From the human T2T-CHM13v2.0 reference genome, Homo sapiens, in the NCBI RefSeq assembly GCF_009914755.1, contig NC_060925.1: DNA of 64,000 bases; one strand, written 5' to 3'. How positions within the stretch are numbered: position 1 is the first letter of the stretch; every line of letters begins with the position of its first letter. The position numbers and the translations under genes were made by a program. Below the pieces are notes generated by a model. It worked only from the letters and a program-made list of their open reading frames with translations. It did not search any database and had not been told where the DNA came from. Below, one piece after another: positions 16,119 to 28,814 of the stretch.

Positions 16119-17078
16119 GTGAGACAGGAAGCCAATGGGGAGTTTTAAGCAAAGGGTGACAGGAATTTGGTGAGGATAGAATGTTTCTCTTTTATATTTG
16201 TGTGGTCAGGGACATTTAAGACAAGAGATGTCAGATAAAGTGACACTTTAGCAGAAATCTAACAGAGTGAATCATATGAATACACGAGAAAAGTGTGTGC
16301 TAGGTAGAAGAAACAGTACAAAGGCTTTCAGGCAAGAATGTATCTGCCATGTTTAAGAACAACAGGCAGGCCAATTTGGCTGGAGCTTATGTATAAGGGG
16401 GGAAGACTGTGGAAAAAGCAGATTTGGGGGAAAAGATCAGAAATGTGGTTTCTATATCAAGTTTGTGATATCTATTAATCCTCCAAGTGGAGATGTCCAA
16501 AAAGAAGTTGGATACATAGATCTAAAGCTGAGAATCCTAGTCTTGGAGACTAACACTGAGAGTCCACTGTACATTTGGTATTTAAAGCTAAGAGACCAGA
16601 AGAGATGACTAAGATAAAGAGAAGAAAGAGTACAAGCTTTGAACCCTGAGGTTCAAATGATTAGCAGTCAAGGGCAGGGGAGGAACAAAGAAAGAATGCT
16701 AAGACAGACTGGTCCACTAGACAGGAAGACAATCAGAAAAGTTTAGTATCCAGGATGTCAGAATAAAAATTATTTCAAGGAGAGTGAGTGATGAGTTGTG
16801 AAAAAATGCCGCCAACAGGTAAAGCTGAGGTTTAAGAACAAACCGTTGGCCTTAGCAACAAGGAGGACATCGGCGACCTTGCCAAGAGCAGTTTCAGAGG
16901 TGCGGTAGGAGCAAAAGTCTGATTAGAATGGGCTGAAAAATAGAAGAACCAGCAAAGGAAGAATAAATTAAATCTAACTCTTGAATTTTCTAGAGGGAAC
17001 AGAAAAAATAGGCAAAGGCAGAAGGAATATGTGGATGAAAAGATAACTTTAAAACAGTAGAATTAGCAGCATGTTTTA

Positions 17079-17911
<833 letters not shown>

Positions 17912-18586
17912 TTACTCTGTGGAATTTCTCTTCTGATTGCTCCAATTTTAGTAAGGTATGAACTGAGAGTAAGGATAGATGAAAAGGTGATGGAGGATTA
18001 AGGAGAAAGAAAAAAGACATGAAATGGTTGTCTAATTCAATAATCATTTCTTCAGCTGGATATGATCAGCTATTTAATCTATCCATCGAGTTTTAAATTT
18101 CAGTTCTAGAACTTCTAATTCATTATTATTAAAATCTTTTTGGCCACTCTTTAAAATCTTTTTTCCCTTCTATACTTCAAGTTTCTTTTTATTTGAACAC
18201 ATTAAACATAGTGATATTAAATTATCTGATAATTTCAGAACCTAAGGTCATTATGTGTTTGTTTCTGTTGTCTAATATCTGATTCATGGTGCCCTGTTTC
18301 CTTGGGTGTTTTGTGATATTTTACTGCTAGCTGTTTATTCTCCTTGGCACTTCATCTTCAATAATTTTTCGAGGTTTGAGTTGAAAATAAATTCCTCCAG
18401 AGGTGATGGATATTTGCTTTTATTGGAAACCCAGGGCACACAAATTTGGGACTGCTATGAATTTTCCCAGAATAAATATTTGGCTTGCGAACCTGTGTGA
18501 GGACTGTCTCATGGTTACAAATTCTCAAAAGTTTCTTCCCTGCTTCTCCCAGCAAGTTTCTTTTATTCCCTTTACTTAGAATGGGT

Positions 18587-18682
18587 TTCATTTCTCGTTT
18601 ACCCTTATACTGAGGATGTAATTGTTTGAAGTCCAGGCTCCAAACAGCTACATCCTCAATATAAGGGTAAACGAGAAATGAA
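18587..18682. repeat. Inverted repeat, 45-nt arms, 6-nt loop
   Basis: 18587-18631 pairs with 18638-18682; 41 of 45 pairs are Watson-Crick. Confidence 0.97.
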
Positions 18683-19409
18683 TTATGGTGGAGGCTCCTA
18701 TTAGTTTCCTCTCACTGGGCAGACACGGGGTTATTTCTTGCCCACTCCACTCCATGCAACTGCTAAAGCAGCTCAAGATCTTTAGGGTTTAGGAGAAGCC
18801 CTCAGAGTAACGGACTGGTATAGCACTATTTGAGTTCTAAGTTTCTGGCTTTTCATATATTGAGGGGCTCTGTGTATTACTCAATTTTATGCCACCTCAG
18901 AAATGCATTTAGAAAAACTTACATATATCTAATTGAAATTACTTTTTAAAGGAAGATTGTTATATCACTTGTATGCACTATGCCTTTAGTTTCCAGTGCT
19001 TCACCAAAGTATATTTACATTTCATTTATACGATAATGGGGCATGAGATATACAAACACGTATCATTTTGTGTGTTCAAAAATATTTTTCTGCTTTTATT
19101 TTGGAAGGGGATAACATTTAAAATATGTATCTCCTTTAATGACTTTGATTTCTTGTGAACAGAGGTAGTTTTCAAAAATTCTAATTCTTCCCTTTATCAG
19201 TTTTCTACCAATTTATTATATGGATGAAGTCAAAGAACTGGCTGAATTCCACTTTTTGATTTTCCTATTTTCCATCTCTTTTTCTATACTAGAGAGAACT
19301 GAAAATACCAACATACTGTATAGACCAGAAAGGGTTCCACATTAGGGCTCCACTGTAAAGTCACTCATTCAATTAAGACATTTAAGTTCTTTGAACTTCA
19401 ATTACCTCA

Positions 19410-20133
<724 letters not shown>

Positions 20134-20281
20134 AGAAAGTAAGTACTGCTGGCAACAAAAACCAAATATATTCACTTGGAAGACTGTTTGGCACAATGCT
20201 ACTTCAAATATTCACAAATCTTTAACTGTTGGACTATATTTATATTCATTTGGATATAATGAAATTAAAAGTACAGGGGCA

Positions 20282-20412
20282 GGCCAGGTACAGTGGCTCA
20301 CACCTGTAATCCCAGCACCTGGGAAGCCAAAGTAAGAGGCTCGCTGGAGGCCAGGAGTTGAAGATCAGCCTAATAACATAGTCCCCATCTCTACACAAGA
20401 ATTTTAAAAATA
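20282..20412 (+). mobile_element. Alu monomer (FLAM-like)
   Basis: Single left arm. Confidence 0.8.
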
Positions 20413-20671
20413 CAGGTGAAATTATAAAACATTAATTACACATAATTAGTGGTAAATGAAAAAAATTTAAAATGAAGTTTCTAGACAGATAAGCATAAAT
20501 TAATATGTGCTATATAAAAAGAGAAAATGGGAACTCTCATTTCAGAAAAATATCGAATTGTAAATTTCACTCAGAAACACTCAACTAGTGACTAGAAAAT
20601 AATTTTGCCAAAGACAATTTGGAAAATTTACTTTAGTAAGTCTGCCCAGATTACCACTATCTATTCCATCT

Positions 20672-20840
20672 CAGTGTTTTCCAAGTGAGGTCCAAGAGGT
20701 AGTCAAAAGATAACTTTGCTACAGTTATACTGTACTTGCAATGTTTGTTTAAAATGCTGATATCTGGGCCATATTCCAGATCCAATCAATACATGTGGAG
20801 GTAGGGCCAGAGAATCTGCATTTTAACATGTTCCCCAATA
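20672..20840. mobile_element. MER5-like hAT fragment
   Basis: GAATCTGCATTTTAACATGTTCCCCA motif. Confidence 0.55.
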
Positions 20841-21955
20841 CCAAAAATTTGCCCCTTTTATTTTTATGGTTCAAACACAGACACAAACGGACTATTCAGG
20901 CACTCTGGGATTTAGTGCAGGGCACCATAAAACCATGAAATAAAGTGACTCAATTCAGAAAAACATGTTTTCACGGTTACACTCAGAGTCACCTTCAATT
21001 TTTCTTGGATGAGCACTAATTGCTTCAAATGACATCTCCCCTCATCATCAGGCCACCTGAGACCTTCGTTTTATTTTTTTGGCCCTCAGCAGTGCTGCCT
21101 CCTTGCAGCAGGTGCAGACAACAAGCAGCAGCACCTGGCAATCAATTCAAATTCTACTGAATAGAAGCAAACACCTCTCTGAAGGCGAAAGGATCTGGTC
21201 AGCTAAGCCTCAGATTTCTAGCACACTGAGAACACTTGTAATCATCGCTTCACATCAACAACCAGCCAGCACCTCACGACTGCCAGAGCCAGAGCCTCCA
21301 TCCACGAGCCACAACGCCCCACTCAGACCCCCCCAGTCTCGTATTGGGACTTACCTGGCGATGCCACTTGGCAGACACAGCTCAGCTGGGTAAAAATAAA
21401 GCAATCTTGAGCAAGGGAAGGTGCTCGAGGAAGAGTAAAAGCCCAGAAAGCTCTAGTCCGACAGTTCGAGTGAAGTCTTGCCCCCTCCCAATCCCCTGCG
21501 CCTGGCGGGGCCTCGGGGGTCTGCGGAGTGCCCCCAACTCTCAGTCTCCCTCCCTCACTAACTCCTGAAGGGAAGGACGTCACCGTTTCTCTGGGCGCTC
21601 GCTCCCTTCGCAAGACAGCCGAGGTGGTTCATGCCCGTCCCATCTCCCGCCACACTCCCAGCCGCTTAACACATCCGAGAGGAAAAAACGAAAACAGCTC
21701 AGGGGGACCGTCACCATCTTCCTCTTTTGACTGCCATTACCCGGAGTGTCGCCGTCCCCCCACCCTGCGGGCGGTTCGCAGATGTTTCCCGCACTGGACG
21801 GTCAGGTCTCTGCTCCCCGGGTTTTCTGCTCGCCAGAAATCACCTCTTTTCTGGCCCGGCCCTGCCCGGCCCTCCCCGCGTCACAGCCGCGGCCCGTGTG
21901 TAGCGGCCGCGGGTGTTCGGCCGGGGGTTCCCGGCCCGCTATCACTCGGGCTTAC

Positions 21956-22057
21956 CTGCGCCTCGACGACGCTCCGCAGGAAGCTCAGGGTGACCAGCAG
22001 CTGCACCGCGGCCGCTACCCCCTGCCCAGCGCCTGCCCGGCGGACCCCTTGGCTCAT
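21956..22057 (-). CDS. ERO1B: ERO1B coding exon 1 (signal peptide, [34 protein letters not shown])
   Basis: ATG at 22057 in context GTCAGCATGA; 102 nt = 34 aa matching the recalled ERO1B N-terminus; ends at donor CAG|GTAAGC; lies within a CpG island. Confidence 0.97.
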
Positions 22058-22321
22058 GCTGACCTCTACCCACACCGCGGCCAGCCGGACCCCTCGGGGC
22101 CGGGGAACGACGGGCGGCCCAGGCGACGACCCAAGGGGACGGTTCCCAGCGGCCGAGCGACTCCAGGGTCAGAGGTCTGCACTCCGGTCCGGAGGCAGGC
22201 GACTCTTTCCCCAACACCCGGCAGCTGCGAGTGAGGCAGGAAAGGCGAGCGCCCCCACTTCATCCCCCAGGCGGCCCCGCCCCCGGCTCGCTTGGCTCCT
22301 CGGCCACGCCCCCAAGCGCGG

Positions 22322-22421
22322 GGCCTTGTGGGAGTTGTGGTCCTGGGCGGTCGCCTAGGCGCCGCGGCAGGAAGGCGGAGCCGCTGAACGAGAGGACTCG
22401 GGAACTACAACTGCGAAGGCC
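22322..22421. promoter_or_regulatory. Two back-to-back ZNF143/THAP11-type ACTACA-SBS motifs
   Basis: Minus strand ACCACAACTCCCACAAGGCC (22322-22341); plus strand degenerate ACTACAACTGCGAAGGCC (22404-22421). Confidence 0.6.
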
Positions 22422-22456
22422 GCCCCGCCTCCCCGAGGCCTCGGGCTCCGCGGCGG

Positions 22457-22475
22457 CCAATGAGGCGGGACCACG
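22457..22475 (+). promoter_or_regulatory. ER stress response element ERSE-I (CCAAT-N9-CCACG)
   Basis: CCAAT GAGGCGGGA CCACG is an exact consensus with a GC-rich 9-nt spacer, 400 nt upstream of the ERO1B ATG; ERO1B is a known UPR-induced gene. Confidence 0.88.
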
Positions 22476-22904
22476 CGGGCCTCCAAAACACCGGGGGGTG
22501 CGGGCGGGGGAAGCGGGGCGACCTCTTCTCCGGGAAACCAGGCTGAGGACCTCTCTGCGTCGGTCCCTGCTGTCGCTCCTGGAGTCCTCGCAGACGCCAG
22601 GCTCTAGGATTCACCCAGTACGCGGGCGAGTTAGGAACGGACGGTGCGGGATCTTTGACTTTCGGTCTGAAGCGTATTCTTTGTCTCATTCATTTTTCTG
22701 TAGCCTCACATCTGCTGTGGGTGCCTATGTAAGCTACCTGTGACTTGTAGAGATGGCTTCGGCTCTTTTTTAATTTCATGCACCCTAGATGTGGATGTCA
22801 TCTCCTGCCCCGCCCCAGCCCGACTCCTAGGTTGACACGTGCGAGTATAACGCATGCTAAAGAATGAAGACAAACCCAAAGGCTTATGATGAAATATGGG
22901 GATG

Positions 22905-23100
22905 GGGTAAAACAAAAAAAAACTTAGAGTGACATAGATTGGGCGCAGATCCCAACTCTAAAACATTCTAGCTAGTTATTGGGCCTTAATTCCCACCTCA
23001 TATCTTGTTCTAGGGCTACATAAGATTAGATACAGAAAGAGCTGAGTATAGTGCCTAGCACCTAGGAAGCACTCAATAAATGGTAACTGCTATTAGTTTT
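22905..23100 (+). mobile_element. MIR
   Basis: GTGCCTAGCACCTAGGAAGCACTCAATAAATGGTAACTGCTATT 3' end. Confidence 0.65.
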
Positions 23101-23158
23101 ATTAATGCCTTTGATTTCTACAAAACGAGTAATACATCTCCCTTGTGTTTATGTAGCG

Positions 23159-23603
23159 TGTATTAGTTTCTCATTGATGCTGTAAGAAACTATCACACAT
23201 TTAGTTGCATACAACAAAAGAAATTCATTACCTTATAGTACTGGAGATCAGGTGTCCAAAATGGACCTGTAGGGCTGTGTTCCTTTTGGAGGCTCTCAGG
23301 GACAATGTGTTTCCTTACCTTTTCCAGCTTCCAGAGGCCACCTGCATTCCTTACCTCATGACTTCACATCTCCTTCACTCTCTCTGCTTCCCTCGTCACA
23401 TGCCTTCTCTTGTGACCCTAACTCTTCTGTCTCTCTTGTATAAGGACCCTTGTGATTACATTGGTTACAGACCATCCTATCTCAAAATCCTCAACTTGAT
23501 CACATCTGCACAGTCCCTTTTGCCATATAGGATAACATATTCACAGGTTCCAGAGATTAGGATGAGGATTTATAAATAGAGGGTCATTAATCAGCCTACC
23601 ACA
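23159..23603 (-). mobile_element. MaLR LTR (MLT1-like)
   Basis: TGTATTAGTTTC...TTCCAGCTTCCAGAGGCC...CAGCCTACCACA. Confidence 0.8.
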
Positions 23604-23786
23604 TAGTGGTTTATACCTTTCAGAACCAGCAGAGCATTAAACCAAATGCAGGGTCCTGGGGTGGCTGACTGCATAGGTCACATGCCCATGAAGCCAGTCC
23701 TGCCTGTCCTTTTCCCCTCCAGCAACTCTTTCCCTTCTGCCTCCAAACTGTCCAGATCTTCCCTAGCTTAAAAGCAAAAAGAAATT

Positions 23787-24088
<302 letters not shown>

Positions 24089-25343
24089 TTGTTGCTTGAT
24101 TTTTCCAGCTACTTTTCCATGTCTCCTTTTCTCTTCCAAACCTATACTTCCTATCTGCTCACTGCCTTCTTCCCTTCATATAAATGTGCTTTTGATAAGA
24201 GAAACTTTTTATCAAGTTTGGTAGACTTTTTAAAAGATTCCTTGTCTGTGCTGTATTTGAGGTTGTCAATAACACATACTTCCTGGAATTTTGTTATGCA
24301 AAACTTCTTTTTTTAAATTGTGGGTTATAAATTTTCCTATTATAAAATCTCGGGTTCTTTAAGGACTCTCTCTAGTGCCTGGATATCAAAGGCAGAATTC
24401 ATGGCTTTCCAGAGGCTTGAAATATTTGTTATTAAAGAACAAAGGAAGAAAGTGGGTTCGGGGGTGGAGTAAAAAAAAGAGAGAGAGACAAAGTGGACAG
24501 GGAACTTTAATGCAGACAGGGGTCAGATAGCTTTTGTCCTCTTAGTTACCTAATCCAGAAAGTCACAGTAACAAACCTCCCCGTTTGCTTTTGTTTTCAG
24601 CTCAGAAGCCTTACACATAACTTCTAGGGACAAATGAGATTTTTCTTGGTGAGTGAAATTGGAAATAGCAGGTGTTTGTCATGAAATAGGGGCATACCAA
24701 GACTCACTTAAAGTGGTGTCTGTCATGATCTGTTTTAGTGTTCATTGTTAAGAGTGGTATGACGGGGTTGTTTCTTTGTGAACAGGCAGCCCTCCTCTTT
24801 GTTCTCTCATTCTGACTGATTTACCTCTGCTTTCCCTAAAATCAGCTACACTGAAACCAGCATTGTGAGAGGCCCTGGGGATGTGCTATCACCCATGCTT
24901 CCTGCAGATGATGTTCAGTTAGAACCTTCCCATTCCTAAGGCTGTGGTTAGAAGTTGAAACAGGAAGAAAGTGCATACACTAAACCCCTTTGATTGCACG
25001 CCACAAAAATCAGCTCTAGCTCTAATTTTTTTTGAAATAGCAAATGAAAAAAATGTCAAATTGCTTACAGTACTGAGGCAGATTTCACCACACACCTTTA
25101 GAAAGGTAAGTCCATCAGGACAGAATTCAGGGACTCTAAATTAGAGTACAACTCATGATTGAACAGTCTCTTCTAGGGCATTGCCATTATACTTATCAAT
25201 TCCCATCGCTTTTAGTCTTCTGTCCCTCCTATCAAAATTCACATTCTTTCTGGAGGTTAGCTTGCAGGTAGAATGTGAGCACCTTGATTCACAGTCCTAC
25301 AGACCACAAGAAATGAGCCAGAGGTAGTTGCACAAACTACTAC

Positions 25344-25572
25344 TTTCTTTTTCTTTTCTTTTTTCTTTTTTTTTTGAAACAGAGTCTCACTCTGTCACCC
25401 AGGCTGGAGTGCAGTGGTGCCATCTCACTGCAACTTCCACCTCCCAGATTCAAGCGATTCTCATGCCTCAGCCTCCAGGGTAGCTGGGATTACAGAAGTG
25501 TGTCACCACACCTGGCTAATTTTTGTATTTTTAGAAGAGATGGGGTTTCACCATGTTGGCCAGGTTGGCCTC
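25344..25572 (-). mobile_element. 5'-truncated Alu
   Basis: Reverse right arm plus partial left arm. Confidence 0.9.
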
Positions 25573-25905
25573 AAACAACTTTCTATTTTTAATAGAGGGG
25601 AAAGGGATGCTGGTCAGAGAAAGGCAACAGATGTCTCCTTCAGGATGCTGAGTTTTTATTGAGTACTCCATTTGAATTCACTTCCTTTACCTCAGCTTGT
25701 ATTCACACATTCATTAAATTATCACAGATGTCTTTCCACGCCCCCCCCCCAGTGGATATATTTTTATTCAGCCATTTAGTTTACAACATGAGGTAAAAGG
25801 AAAAAGTTCTCCCTGACCAGTATTTTACACAGTTGTAGTGTAAAACATTTTGGACTTCAGGGATTTATAAGGGATTACATTTCTGAAAAGTTGGGATCAG
25901 TTTAA

Positions 25906-26172
<267 letters not shown>

Positions 26173-26507
26173 TAGTTACGTAAGTTTCTTTAAGGCCAAG
26201 TTTTATCACTGTTGCTGATATCCTTAGAGCTGAAGCACTGCTATTTCAATCAGTATCCACTAATTCCACTTCAGAAACGAACTTTGTATTTAGTGGAATT
26301 TTGGCTTCAGGCTGCCCTTTCTTTGCATAAGCCCATTCTGCTTCACTCTTCAATCGAGGCTTTTCTCCTTTACCCAGTCAACAGTGCTTCATCCCATCCT
26401 GTGATAACTTTGCCTACTCTGACCTTAAAACTTAAAGGCTTGGTATTGGTATTTTTCTTTTTTGAACTTGTTTGAATGTTAGTATCAAAAACAGTCCCAT
26501 CCTGTAG

Positions 26508-27047
<540 letters not shown>

Positions 27048-27596
27048 TAGGCTGTAACCAAATGGTCCTTGTTAGCTGTCTTGCCTGCATTTTTAATGTT
27101 TCCTAATAATTTATGTTCTGCAAGAAACGAATCTGAATTGTGGTCCTGCAGAAACTTGATAAAGTCCCTCTTGGGCAGGTGCTTACTGCGCAGCTGCTCC
27201 AGGGTTCACGCCTGCAGTGGAACGGCCACTGCCATCTTCCCCCACTGCCTGTGCCTCACTGAGCCAGCCGGCCGCAGTTCCCACAGATGTCTTGATTGTA
27301 ATACACCAAAAAGCATGCGTCAGGACACTGGCTGACCAGAAATGGCAACAGTATGCCTATTGTAGCTTATGTAATTTATGATTTACTATCACCACCGAGG
27401 TTAGATGAACCTAATTACCTGGAAGTGACTTACACGAAAACTGACCACACTTTTCGAATGGAAGAATTTATGAGCCTCTTATATTTCCTAATCTGAGATG
27501 GATCAGGGCTAGCTATGTCAATCAGCACAATTCCCTCATTGTAAGCAATGATAATATATAATTGACTTGGCCAAGATCAATTATGACAGTGGGTCG

Positions 27597-28150
27597 CAGG
27601 GGTGTCCGAGACAGAGAATACAGTCATGGGCTCTTAGTTTTTGTTTCTGGTTAAGCCACTAAAGCCTATTAAGTTTAGCCTCAAGCGGCTTCCTTACATA
27701 TTTAATTTCAGCCTAAAGGTATTTCTATACATCACGAACTATAACAACTGGAGGTATACACCAACGGTGACCCACACCTGTGCCAGTCACTAAGTTTTGG
27801 CCAAAGAAATGTAGCCAACTGTTTGAACCGTGTTAAAATAAGGCAAACGCCAAGCTGTAACCAATCCAGTTGTTTCTGTACCTCACTTCCATTTCCTGTA
27901 GGTCAGTTTCCTTTTGCTGTCCATAAATCTCCCACGATGTGGCTGCGCGGGAGTCTCTCTGAATCTGCTGTGATTCTGGGGGCTGCACGATCGTTCGTTG
28001 CTCAAACTCTTTTAAATTTAATTCGGCTAAGTTTTTCTTTTAATGAGCCCCTTCCTCGTCCCTTTTTTCTGCTTATCACTAGAGACAGAAACTAAAAACC
28101 ATGGCTTCAGGCCGCGGAAAGCCTAAAACTAAACAAAACGAAACGAAGCC
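27597..28150 (+). mobile_element. MER30B-like hAT element split by an LTR
   Basis: CAGGGGTGTCC start; ACAGTCATGGGCTCTTAG...AAAGCC | CCTTCCTC...CTAGAGACAGAAACTAAAAACCATGGCTTCAGG. Confidence 0.7.
27667..28045 (+). mobile_element. ERV1 solo LTR (MER57-like)
   Basis: TAAGTTTAGCCT...AAGGCAAACGCCAAGCTGTAACCAATCCAG; 4-nt TSD AGCC. Confidence 0.8.
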
Positions 28151-28212
28151 AAACAGACTCAACCATGGATGAACTCAGTGTGCTTCACCTTTTCAAACGG
28201 ATAGTGTCAAAA

Positions 28213-28814
28213 TGACAGAGGAGTTAAGAAGAAACTACTTAGGCAGATAGTGAGGGTATGGGAGTCCTCAGTAAGGTTTTTCTTTTTAATGAAAAGCAGC
28301 CCCCAAATCATTTTCTAACAAAGAGCAGCCTGCAAAATCGAGCTGCAGACATAGACAATCAAGCCGGAAGCTTGCAGGGGTGCATACCGGTAGGAAAAAA
28401 GCCACCTGGGACTAGACATCTTCAAATTAGCGGCCCCATCTTCCCTCTTCTTTGTCAGAAAGGAGCAGGCAAGATGGCCTGGTTAAGTGGAAAGCCATTT
28501 GCATAATAAGATTAGGGTGGGGTAGCCAGCCTTTCCCCGCCCACTATGTAAATGTAACACCTGATCCGTCCAATCTGTGGGCCTTATGTAAATCAGACAC
28601 CGCCTCCTCAAGCCGAACTATAAAATCCAGCGCACTCCATCACCCACCGGTCTTTCCTTGCAGAAGCCTCTGTCTCACTAGAGAGCTACTCTGCTTTCTC
28701 TTTCTTTTGCCTATTAAGCCTCTGCTCCTAAACTCATGTGTGTTCCTGTCCTAAATCTTCCTGGCGCAAGACGACGAATCCTGGGTATTTACCCCAGACA
28801 ACGAAGCCACTTCA
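28213..28814 (+). mobile_element. ERV1 solo LTR (LTR9 family)
   Basis: TG..GAGTTAAGAAGAAACTACTTAGGCAGATAGTGAGGG...CA; TATA-like CTATAAAA ~28618; TSD AAAA. Confidence 0.8.

Larger units (their letters stand above)
21430..22700. promoter_or_regulatory. ERO1B: CpG island / ERO1B promoter and 5' UTR
   Basis: Abrupt rise in GC and CpG density spanning exon 1; GC boxes CCCCGCCCC (~22275) and CCACGCCCC (~22304); no TATA box seen. Confidence 0.93.

Noticed and set aside
21349-21359. ACTTACCTGG resembling the U1 snRNA 5' end
   Set aside because: Similarity stops after about 11 nt; it is simply the complement of a consensus 5' splice site
21528-22743. Long plus-strand ORFs (276, 162 and 170 aa) over the CpG island
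   Set aside because: Pro/Arg/Gly-rich ORFs, several apparently without an ATG start, are expected from stop-codon scarcity in GC-rich DNA antisense to ERO1B; no recognisable protein
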